A stretch of 46,184 nucleotides of DNA from Hyphomicrobiales bacterium (GTDB taxonomy: Bacteria > Pseudomonadota > Gammaproteobacteria > Pseudomonadales > Pseudohongiellaceae), in contig DATMFX010000168.1 of the NCBI GenBank assembly GCA_035555995.1, positions 1-46,184 of the forward strand. Direction: 5' to 3'. Below are positions 19,106-26,910 of the stretch, in pieces (positions within the stretch are counted from its first letter, which is position 1; the number at the start of each line of letters is the position of its first letter). The position numbers and the translations under genes were made by a program. The notes under the pieces are model-generated. The model did not search any database, was not told the DNA's origin, and saw only the letters and a program-made list of their open reading frames with translations.

Positions 19106-22100
19106 TCAGGCAGCGGCGGGAGTGCGATGGAAATGCCGGTAGATCAGCGGCATCAGGAACAGCGTGAGCACGGTGGAACTGATCAGGCCGCCCACCACCA
19201 CGATGGCAAGCGGCTTCTGGATTTCCGAACCGGGACCGGTGGCAAGCAGCAGCGGCACCAGGCCAAGCGCACAGATGCTGGCCGTCATCATCACTGGTCT
19301 AAGGCGCCGCAGCGCGCCGTCGAATACCACCTGGTCGATGTGCAGGCCCTTGGCCAACAGCTGGTTGAAGTACGACAGCATCACCACGCCGTTGAGCACC
19401 GCGATGCCAAGCAGGGCGATGAAACCCACCGACGCCGGCACCGACAGGAATTCGCCGGTGAGCCACAGCGCGATCAAACCGCCGGTGAGCGCAAAGGGAA
19501 TCATGGACAGGATGATCAGCGTCTGTTTGACGGAACGGAACGTCAGGAACAGGATGAAGGCGATCAGCAGCAGCGCCACCGGCACCACCAGCGCCAGCCG
19601 GGCCGCCGCGCGCTGCTGGTTTTCGAATTCGCCGCCCCATTCCAGCGTGTAGCCTTCGGCGAGATCCAATTGCCGGGCCACCGCCTGCTGCGCTTCGGCC
19701 ACGAAGCCGACCAGGTCGCGCCCTTCCACGTTGGTGCGCACCACGGCAAAGCGCTGGCCGCCTTCACGCGAAATCACCACCGGGCCTTCCACGCGCTGGA
19801 TCCGCGCCACTTCCGCCAGCGGCACGTAGCCGCCGTCGGGCAGCGTGACGAGATTCTGCCGCAGCGCGGTTTCGCCGTCTCCCACCAGCGGACGATAGCG
19901 CAGCATCAGCGGCACGCGGGCGCTGCCCTGGATCACGGTGCCCACGCGGTAGCCTTCGATTTCGGCGCGCAGCTGCGTCTGCAGGGCATCGGCATCGAGG
20001 CCAAGCTCGCCCGCGCGCAGGCGATCCACTTCCACCTGCAGGTACTGCGCGCCTTCATTGATGGTGGCGATGGTGTCGATGCTGCCCGGCACCTGATTGA
20101 TGAGGGCGGCCATGGCGTCGGCATAGTGGCTCAGCATGTCGAGGTCGTCGCCGAAGATCTTGATGGCCACGTCGCCGCGCGAACCGGTGAGCATTTCCGA
20201 CACGCGCATGTCGATCGGCTGGGTGAAGCCGAAGTTGATGCCGGGGAAACTGTTCATCACCGCGCGCAGCTTGTCTTCGATGCCCTGCTTGTCGCCGGCT
20301 TCCCACTCATGGCGCGGACGCAGTTGCAGGAACATATCGGTTTCGTTCAGGCCCATGGGGTCCATGCCGATCTCGTCAGAGCCGGTGCGCGATACCACCC
20401 GCAACACTTCCGGCACCGCGTTCATGATCGCTTCTTCGATCAACAGCACCTGGCGCGTACTGCTGCGCAGGTTGACCGAGGGAATGCTTTCGGTCTGGAT
20501 GATCAGGTCGCCTTCGTCCATGGTGGGCATGAAGGTTTTGCCGACGAAGGGAAACAGCAACGCCGTCAGCACCAGCAACAGCGCCGCACCCGCCAGCACC
20601 GGCTTGGGATCGTGCAAGGCGCGGCCAAGCGTGGGCCGGTACAGCGCGTCGAGCTTGCGGCTCAGCCAGGGCTCGGCGTGCGCGTCGGCGCTCAGGCTCC
20701 AGGACGCCACTACGGGAATCAGCGTCAGCGACAGCAGCAGCGAACCGGCCAGCGCGAACACGATGGTCAGGGTCACCGGCCGGAACAGCTTGCCTTCCAA
20801 CCCCTCGAGCGAGAGCAGGGGCAGGAACACGATCATGATGATGAAAATCCCGGAGGTGACCGGCACCGCCACTTCCTTCACCGCGCGGAACACCAGGTGC
20901 AACAGCGGCAGGGGCGAACGCCTGGCCTTCGCGTGCGCCAGCGTGGACACCACGTTTTCCACGATCACGATCGAGGAATCCACCAGCATGCCGATGGCGA
21001 TCACGAGCCCCCCGAGGCTCATCAGGTTGGCGCTCATGTCCAGCCGGTTCATGAGGATGAAGGTAAAGAGCGCGGAGAGCGGCAGCACCAGCGCCACCGT
21101 CAACGCCGCGCGCACGTTGCCGAGGAACAACCCCAACAGCACCACCACCAGCACCACGGCTTCCAGCAGCGCCTTGGCCACGGTTTTCACCGCACCGCCG
21201 ATCAACACGCTGCGGTCGTAGAACACGTTCATGCTGGTGTCCTGCGGCAGCGTGGCTTCCAGCTCCGCCAGCTTGGCATTCACGCCTTCCACCACGGCAT
21301 CGGCATTGGCGCCGCGCAAGCTGATCACCAGCCCCTGCACCGCTTCTTCCACGCCATCGGCGGTAACCGTGCCGTAGCGTTCGAGTTCGCCAAGCTTCAC
21401 TTCCGCCAGTTCGGTGAGCGGCAGCAGCACGCCGTCGCCATTGCGCACCTGAATGCGGCCGAGATCTTCCACATTCACGATCGCGCCGGTGACACGCACC
21501 AGTATCGCTTCCTCGCCCTGGTCGATGCGGCCGGCGCCGTCGTTGCGGTTGTTCAGTTCCAGCGCTTGTACCAGGTCGTCGTGGGTGAAACCCAGCAAGG
21601 TCATGCGCTCGCGCTTCGGCTTCACCTCGAACGTACGCACATAGCCGCCAAGCGCGTTGACGTCGGCCACGCCGGGCACGGTGCGCAGCGCGGGGCGAAT
21701 GGTCCAGTCCAGCAGGAAACGTTTTTCCTCGAGCGACAGCGCCGGATTCTCGATGGTGAACATGAACATGTCGCCAAGCGGCGTGCTCATCGGCGCCAGG
21801 CCGCCGCTGATGCTGCCCGGCAGTTCCTCCCACACGTTGCCGAGCCGCTCGCCCACCTGCTGCCGCGCCCAGTAGATGTCGGTGCCTTCCTCGAAATCGA
21901 GCGTGATCGAGCTGAGCGCATACTTGGAAATGGAACGCAGGATGGATTGCTGCGGAATGCCGAGCAGTTCCACTTCCAGCGGATTGGTGATCAGCGTTTC
22001 CACTTCCTCCGGCGTCATACCCGGCGCCTTGATGATCACCTTTACCTGCGTGGGTGAAATATCGGGGAACGCATCGATCGGCAATTGCAGCATGGCGCTG

Positions 22101-22186
22101 GCGCCGAAGCCGGCAAGCAGCAGCGCCAGCAGGCAAGTAAGCAGGCGCTGGGTCAGCGCAAACTGGATGAGGCCGGCGAACATCAT
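19106..22186 (-). CDS. heavy-metal efflux RND permease, CzcA/CusA family
   Basis: 1026 aa. The N-terminus (MMFAGLIQFALTQRLLTCLLAL...IDAFPDISPTQVKVI) and QPIDMRVSEMLTGSRGDVAIKIFGDDLD are CzcA-family signatures. TM4 reads AIGMLVDSSIVIVEN. Two ATGs are present (22186 and 22183), and GGAGG sits just upstream. Confidence 0.92.
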   Translation of the reverse strand: MMFAGLIQFALTQRLLTCLLALLLAGFGASAMLQLPIDAFPDISPTQVKVIIKAPGMTPEEVETLITNPLEVELLGIPQQSILRSISKYALSSITLDFEEGTDIYWARQQVGERLGNVWEELPGSISGGLAPMSTPLGDMFMFTIENPALSLEEKRFLLDWTIRPALRTVPGVADVNALGGYVRTFEVKPKRERMTLLGFTHDDLVQALELNNRNDGAGRIDQGEEAILVRVTGAIVNVEDLGRIQVRNGDGVLLPLTELAEVKLGELERYGTVTADGVEEAVQGLVISLRGANADAVVEGVNAKLAELEATLPQDTSMNVFYDRSVLIGGAVKTVAKALLEAVVLVVVLLGLFLGNVRAALTVALVLPLSALFTFILMNRLDMSANLMSLGGLVIAIGMLVDSSIVIVENVVSTLAHAKARRSPLPLLHLVFRAVKEVAVPVTSGIFIIMIVFLPLLSLEGLEGKLFRPVTLTIVFALAGSLLLSLTLIPVVASWSLSADAHAEPWLSRKLDALYRPTLGRALHDPKPVLAGAALLLVLTALLFPFVGKTFMPTMDEGDLIIQTESIPSVNLRSSTRQVLLIEEAIMNAVPEVLRVVSRTGSDEIGMDPMGLNETDMFLQLRPRHEWEAGDKQGIEDKLRAVMNSFPGINFGFTQPIDMRVSEMLTGSRGDVAIKIFGDDLDMLSHYADAMAALINQVPGSIDTIATINEGAQYLQVEVDRLRAGELGLDADALQTQLRAEIEGYRVGTVIQGSARVPLMLRYRPLVGDGETALRQNLVTLPDGGYVPLAEVARIQRVEGPVVISREGGQRFAVVRTNVEGRDLVGFVAEAQQAVARQLDLAEGYTLEWGGEFENQQRAAARLALVVPVALLLIAFILFLTFRSVKQTLIILSMIPFALTGGLIALWLTGEFLSVPASVGFIALLGIAVLNGVVMLSYFNQLLAKGLHIDQVVFDGALRRLRPVMMTASICALGLVPLLLATGPGSEIQKPLAIVVVGGLISSTVLTLFLMPLIYRHFHRTPAAA

Positions 22187-23250
22187 TCGCCTCCCAATCC
22201 AAGCACCATCCCCTTGAGCAGGCTGGCGCCGCGCACCACCAGTTGTTCGTTGCCGGCAAGCGCGCCTTCCGGCGCAAGATAATCGGCGCCAAGCGGCTGC
22301 AATTCGAGCACCTTGCGCTCGATGCCGGCGGCAGTGCGAAGGAACACTGCGGTCTCAGCGCCATCGTGCACCACGGCATCGGCGGGAATGCGCCAACCAC
22401 CAGCGGTGGGCGAGAGCACCAGCGAGACGATCTCGCCGGCATGCAGCGGTACGGGACCGTCGAATTCGGCGCGAATGCCAAGCGTTTGCGTGCGACGGTC
22501 CACCTGGCGATCGATCTGACGCAGCGTCAGCGGCGTGTCCACGCCCGGCACGCTCAGCCGCTGTCCAATGGTGAGTCCTGTGGCCAAAGGCGCGGGCAGA
22601 TCGGCCTGCAACCACAATTGCGCCGCGCCAAAACGCAGCAGTGTTTGATCCACACTGATCGCGGACCCCACCGCCACTTCCAGCCGGCCCACCGTGCCGT
22701 CCATCGGCGCGCGCAAGGTATAGACGCCAAGCTGCGGCGAATCCGCGCTGAAACCGCTGCCCGACGCCAGACCCGCAAGCGTCAGCTGCGCGCGCAGTGC
22801 CGCGGCGCTGGCCTTGGCCGCCGCATACTCCTGTTCGGTTTCCTGCAGGCGCCGGGCGGCGATGATGCCGTCGTCGAACAAGCGGCGATCGCGCGCCTCG
22901 GCATTGTGGGCCAGCGTCAGCGCGGCATCGGCCTGCAACCACGCCTGCTGCAGCTGCAACACTTCCTGGCTGTGCACCGTGCCAAGCACGGCACCGGCTT
23001 CCACCGCATCGCCCGGCGCCACCTGCCAGGATTCCAGAACGCCCGCAAAACGCGCCACCAGCGCATCCGGCTGCAAGGGCGACACCAGCACCTGCGCCGA
23101 TACCACCGTGCCGCTGTCGGCGGTGGCGGGCTGCACGGTGGCCAGCACCAGGCCAAGACGATTCATGGTGGCCTGGTCCGGATTGCTCAGCACCTGGGCC
23201 TGGGCACCGCAACAGGCGGCGCACAGTAGCAATAGGGACAGGCGTTTCAT
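22183..23250 (-). CDS. heavy-metal RND membrane fusion protein (CzcB/CusB-like)
   Basis: 355 aa with a signal peptide (MKRLSLLLLCAACCGAQA). It has an adaptor-type coiled coil and barrel (LRAPMDGTVGRLEVAVG). Start/stop overlaps on both sides (ATGA). Confidence 0.85.
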   Translation of the reverse strand: MKRLSLLLLCAACCGAQAQVLSNPDQATMNRLGLVLATVQPATADSGTVVSAQVLVSPLQPDALVARFAGVLESWQVAPGDAVEAGAVLGTVHSQEVLQLQQAWLQADAALTLAHNAEARDRRLFDDGIIAARRLQETEQEYAAAKASAAALRAQLTLAGLASGSGFSADSPQLGVYTLRAPMDGTVGRLEVAVGSAISVDQTLLRFGAAQLWLQADLPAPLATGLTIGQRLSVPGVDTPLTLRQIDRQVDRRTQTLGIRAEFDGPVPLHAGEIVSLVLSPTAGGWRIPADAVVHDGAETAVFLRTAAGIERKVLELQPLGADYLAPEGALAGNEQLVVRGASLLKGMVLGLGGE

Positions 23251-24497
23251 GGCAGCACTCCGATCAATTGGTTGTATTCACTGACGAGCCGGTCGCGCTC
23301 CAGCTGCAATCTACGCAAGGCCTGGCGCGCGCCGATGGCGTCCTGCACCGCGGCAAGCACCTGCGCCAGCGTAAGCTCGCCGCCTTCGAACGCCGACTCC
23401 GCCATCGCACGGCGCTGTTCGGCCAGGGTGTTCTGTTCCTGCGCCAGCGGCAGCGCCTGTTCATTGATGAACAAGCCATGCTCCGCTTCGGCCAGCAGAC
23501 GCTGCAGCTCGATGCGGTTGCGGCGCAGTTCCACCTCGGCATCCACTTGCTCCCGCCGCGCGCTGCTGGTGCGGCTGTCCACCAGTTGCCTGCCGCCGAT
23601 CGGAATGCTGACCGACAACATCACGCTGTCGTTGCTTGGCTGAAAACGATCGCCGCGCTCGCTGTGGCTGCCGAGCGTGAGCTGAGGACTGCCCTTGGCA
23701 TCGAGCGCGCTTTGCGCCACGTTGCCCTGCGCAATGGCCACTTCGGACTGCAACAGGCGCAGCAGGGGATGATTGTCCGGAATGTCGTCCTCGCCACTGA
23801 GCGTTTCGCTGAACGGTTCCGCCGGACGACGGTCGAGTCCGGTCAGGATGAAAATCGTGCGCTCGGCATCGACCATGCGCGCTTCCGTCTCGAGAATGCG
23901 CTGCTGCTGTTCGAGCAGCAGGGTGCGGGTTTGCAGCGTGTCGAGTTGCGCCAGGCTGCCGGCTTCGAACAAACGCTGGGTGATGCGGTGCAGTTCCTCG
24001 GCGGCGCTGCCGGCCTCCCGTTCCAATTCGAGCCCGGCCTGTGCCGCTTCCAGTTCATTGAGCGCGGCGCGCAGGCGGCCGGCCAGTTCCCAATGCAGAT
24101 AGGTGGACCAGAGCGTCACCTGCGCCTGATAGTTTTCCCCCAGCGCCCTGGCCTGACGGCGTTCGCCCGGACGCCACAGCGGTAACTGCACGCCGACATC
24201 CTGCTGCCGCAGCCCCGTGTTGTCGCGCCAGCGGTCGTCGATGAGGTTGTAGATGACGCTGGGACGGCCCGCGACAAGGCTGTTGCCGGCGGCCTGCATG
24301 CCCCGCGCCTGCTGCGCGCGCACCGGCGTTTCCAACGCTTGCGGAGCCCGTTCGAGCGCGGCCTGGAGCATGGCGGAAAAATCGAGCCCTTCCTGAACTT
24401 CCAGATGCACGTGCTCGCCCGGTTCCGCCCGCGCCAATGCGGCAAGCGTTCCCAGCAGCAGCGCCGCCGCGCCATGCACGATGCGTTTGTTCCTCAT
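23247..24497 (-). CDS. TolC-family outer membrane factor (CzcC/CusC-like)
   Basis: From the ATG at 24497: MRNKRIVHGAALLLGTLAALARA is a signal peptide, followed by two OEP repeats rich in coiled-coil LQ.. heptads. The 89 upstream codons of the track ORF read through the intergenic repeat element and are rejected. Confidence 0.85.
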   Translation of the reverse strand: MRNKRIVHGAAALLLGTLAALARAEPGEHVHLEVQEGLDFSAMLQAALERAPQALETPVRAQQARGMQAAGNSLVAGRPSVIYNLIDDRWRDNTGLRQQDVGVQLPLWRPGERRQARALGENYQAQVTLWSTYLHWELAGRLRAALNELEAAQAGLELEREAGSAAEELHRITQRLFEAGSLAQLDTLQTRTLLLEQQQRILETEARMVDAERTIFILTGLDRRPAEPFSETLSGEDDIPDNHPLLRLLQSEVAIAQGNVAQSALDAKGSPQLTLGSHSERGDRFQPSNDSVMLSVSIPIGGRQLVDSRTSSARREQVDAEVELRRNRIELQRLLAEAEHGLFINEQALPLAQEQNTLAEQRRAMAESAFEGGELTLAQVLAAVQDAIGARQALRRLQLERDRLVSEYNQLIGVLP

Positions 24498-24549
24498 ACT
24501 TTCGGTCCACGATGCTCGAATGACAGCGCGGCAGTCTACGCAGGGGCAT

Positions 24550-24566
24550 GTGAAAATTTTGTCAAA
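24550..24566 (-). promoter_or_regulatory. direct-repeat box TTGAC-N6-TTCAC upstream of the outer membrane factor gene (candidate OmpR-family regulator site)
   Basis: Read on the minus strand: TTTGACAAAATTTTCAC. The half-sites lie at 24565-24561 and 24554-24550, 11 bp start to start, 53-69 nt upstream of the ATG at 24497. It mirrors the box at 24826-24852. Confidence 0.4.
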
Positions 24567-24625
24567 GGGGTATAGACGAGAGATCAAAGAAACGATGCCG
24601 TGCGTAACTTCGATGCCAACGGCTC

Positions 24626-24743
24626 GCAGCCGCCAGGCCGGATACCCTTTCGGGGGGCATTGATGGCCAGGGATGGCCATCACTGAGCGCACATGGATGT
24701 GCTTGTAGCGTCCCCCCGGAAGGGTATCCGGCCTGGTGGCTGC
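24626..24743. repeat. structured intergenic element, copy 2
   Basis: The core 24654-24715 matches 8216-8277 at 59/62 positions. Its hairpins are at 24661-24682 and 24689-24702. The outer arms 24626-24653 and 24716-24743 are complementary over about 32 bp (two positions would be G-U) but unrelated to the copy-1 arms. Confidence 0.8.
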
Positions 24744-24825
24744 AACAGACTCGATGCGGGCCAATATTCATCCCCAACCAAGCGACTGCCACAGACTCAA
24801 TACGGGCCACCCTCCAACCCACCAC

Positions 24826-24852
24826 TTCACAAATTTTTCACCCTTTACTGAC
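24826..24852 (+). promoter_or_regulatory. three 11-bp-phased direct repeats TTCAC-N6-TTCAC-N6-CTGAC upstream of the response regulator gene
   Basis: The half-sites lie at 24826-24830, 24837-24841 and 24848-24852. The third overlaps the candidate -35. Confidence 0.4.
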
Positions 24853-24877
24853 AAATCCTCGACCCACGCTGTAGCAT
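24848..24877 (+). promoter_or_regulatory. sigma70-like promoter CTGACA-18 nt-TAGCAT for the OmpR-type operon
   Basis: The hexamers lie at 24848-24853 and 24872-24877. GGAG at 24893-24896 precedes the ATG at 24903. Confidence 0.3.
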
Positions 24878-24902
24878 CCTCCTGCACTTCCCGGAGCCTC
24901 TC

Positions 24903-25580
24903 ATGCAGATATTGGTGGTCGAAGACAACCGCGACATTGCCGAGAACATCGCCGACTATCTCGAACCCCTGGGCCACACCCTCGATTTCGCCGCGGACGG
25001 CATCAGCGGCCTGCACCTCGCCATCACCCGCCGCTTCGACGTCATCGTGCTCGACGTCATGCTCCCCGGCATGGACGGCATGACGCTCTGCCGCAAGCTC
25101 CGCGAGGAAGCCGGCAACTACACCCCCGTGCTCATGCTCACCGCCCGCGACCAGCTCGACGACAAGCTGGCCGGCTTCCGCGCCGGCAGCGACGACTACC
25201 TCGTCAAACCCTTCTCGGTGAAGGAACTCGAAGTGCGCCTGCAGGCGCTGGTGAAACGCGCCACGCAGGCCACGCGCCACCGGGTGCTGCAGCTCGCCGA
25301 CCTCGAATTCAACGCCGACACCCAGCAGGCCCATCGCGGCGGCGCGCTGCTGGAACTCAATCCGATACAGCGCAAGTTGCTCGAACTGCTGCTCGGCAAC
25401 AGTCATCGTGTGGTCTCGCGCGAAGAATTGGAGCGCCACATCTGGGGCGAGATACCGCCCGACTCGGACGTGTTGCGCACGCACATCTACGGTCTGCGCA
25501 ACGCCATCGACAAACACTACGAGCCGAAACTGCTGCACACCGTGCACGGTTCGGGGTATCGGCTGTATGACCCCCGCTGA
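24903..25580 (+). CDS. OmpR/PhoB-family response regulator (CzcR/CusR-like by context)
   Basis: MQILVVEDNRDIAENI...VIVLDVMLPGMDG is a receiver domain. A winged-helix output follows (LELNPIQRKLLELL...VHGSGYRL). It is divergent from the metal RND operon. Confidence 0.92.
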   Translation: MQILVVEDNRDIAENIADYLEPLGHTLDFAADGISGLHLAITRRFDVIVLDVMLPGMDGMTLCRKLREEAGNYTPVLMLTARDQLDDKLAGFRAGSDDYLVKPFSVKELEVRLQALVKRATQATRHRVLQLADLEFNADTQQAHRGGALLELNPIQRKLLELLLGNSHRVVSREELERHIWGEIPPDSDVLRTHIYGLRNAIDKHYEPKLLHTVHGSGYRLYDPR

Positions 25581-26838
25581 ACCCTGGCGCACCACGCTCC
25601 GCCTGCGCATCATCCTGGCGCTGGTGCTGATCGTCACCACCATGAGCACACTGCTCGCCTACGGCGTGCTCGAAATCAAGAATCGGTTGGAAGCCACCGT
25701 GCTCGCCGATACCGTGCGCATCCAGCTCGTTGATCTGCAACAGCAGCGCGAGGCCGGCGATTACCATGTCGAACATTTATTTGAAAACTGGGCGTTCTAT
25801 TTCGACGAAGGCCTGGCCGACATGCCGGCAGCGCTGCGCGAACTTGGACCGGGGTCTCACCACAGCGCCTATGCCGATGGGCGCTATTACCAGGTGGAAG
25901 TGGGCGAGGACAGCGCCGGCAAGCCGCTGGTGCTCGCCTACGACATCACCACCTGGGAACGGCAGGAGCATGAAGTGTTGACCCTGCTGGTGTGGGGCGT
26001 CGTGCTGCAGTTGCTGGTGGCGATCCTGCTCGGCTGGCAGGCGTCGCGTGCGATCCTGGCGCCGGTGCGCGCCCTGACCCGGCGCCTGGCGGGCATTCAG
26101 CCAAATCAGCGCCAGGTGCGCATCGCGCAGGATTTCCAGGGCACCGAGATCGGCATCATTGCCGGCGAATTCGATCAATATCTGGCGCGGCTCGATCGTT
26201 TCGTGGAACGCGAACGGTCGTTTACCGCGGCGGCAAGCCACGAATTGCGCACGCCGCTGTCGGTGATGATTGGCGCGCTGGACATCCTCGACAATGCGCC
26301 ACTGAGCGGCCCCGCCGAGCGCGCCCGCAGCCGCATCCATCGTGCCTGCGCCGAGATGAAGGCGTTCATCGAAGCCACCCTGTACCTGTCCCGCGAAGAC
26401 GGCACCACGATCCAGGAACAGCACAGCTGCGCGCTGCGTCCGCTGATCGACGATCTGATCGACAGCCATCAGAACGCGCTGCAGGCGCGGCATATCGTGG
26501 TGGAAATCCAGGAAAGCGGTGCCGTGGTGGTGGAGCAGGCGCCGAGCCTGATGCGCATCCTGCTCGGCAACCTGCTGCGCAACGCCATCGAGCACACGCA
26601 GAACGGCTACCTCCGCATTTCGTTCACGCCCACGCTGATCATGGTGGAAGACAGCGGCAACGGCATTCCCCGTGAGGACCTGCCGCGCGTGTTCGAGCGC
26701 AGCTACACCACCAAGAAGGATGGCTACGGCCTCGGCCTGAACCTGGTCAAGCGCATCTGTGACCGCGTCGGCTGGCAGGTGGACATCCAGAGCGAAGTGG
26801 GCAAGGGCACGCAGGTGCGGCTGTTCCTGCAGCCCTGA
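25567..26838 (+). CDS. sensor histidine kinase (periplasmic sensor, HAMP, HisKA, HATPase)
   Basis: The ATG at 25567 overlaps the regulator gene end by 14 nt. Two TM helices flank a loop of about 150 aa. The H box is FTAAASHELRTPLS, with the N box LLRNAIEHT and G boxes DSGNGI / GYGLGL. Confidence 0.88.
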   Translation: MTPAEPWRTTLRLRIILALVLIVTTMSTLLAYGVLEIKNRLEATVLADTVRIQLVDLQQQREAGDYHVEHLFENWAFYFDEGLADMPAALRELGPGSHHSAYADGRYYQVEVGEDSAGKPLVLAYDITTWERQEHEVLTLLVWGVVLQLLVAILLGWQASRAILAPVRALTRRLAGIQPNQRQVRIAQDFQGTEIGIIAGEFDQYLARLDRFVERERSFTAAASHELRTPLSVMIGALDILDNAPLSGPAERARSRIHRACAEMKAFIEATLYLSREDGTTIQEQHSCALRPLIDDLIDSHQNALQARHIVVEIQESGAVVVEQAPSLMRILLGNLLRNAIEHTQNGYLRISFTPTLIMVEDSGNGIPREDLPRVFERSYTTKKDGYGLGLNLVKRICDRVGWQVDIQSEVGKGTQVRLFLQP

Positions 26839-26910
26839 ATCCCGCCGTCCCATGGACTCCCCGGAACGGGGCCACTACCATGGCGCTTCATTCAAAAAGA
26901 GGGGTCAGTC

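Noticed and set aside
19127-22057. A 976-aa plus-strand ORF antisense to the CzcA-family gene. Similar long antisense or off-frame ORFs include 1551..3002, 8694..9995, 10221..11495, 23268..24185, 39592..41928 and 42130..43584.
   Set aside because: The translations are low-complexity (His/Gln/Arg/Gly/Ala-rich) with no recognisable motifs. Each lies opposite a gene with strong family signatures. These are GC-rich antisense open frames.
24533-24565. A perfect TTGACA (minus strand, 24565-24560) with TAGACT (24538-24533) as a promoter for the outer membrane factor gene
   Set aside because: The spacer is 21 nt, too long for a canonical sigma70 promoter. The TTGAC is better explained as a half-site of the 11-bp-phased repeat box.
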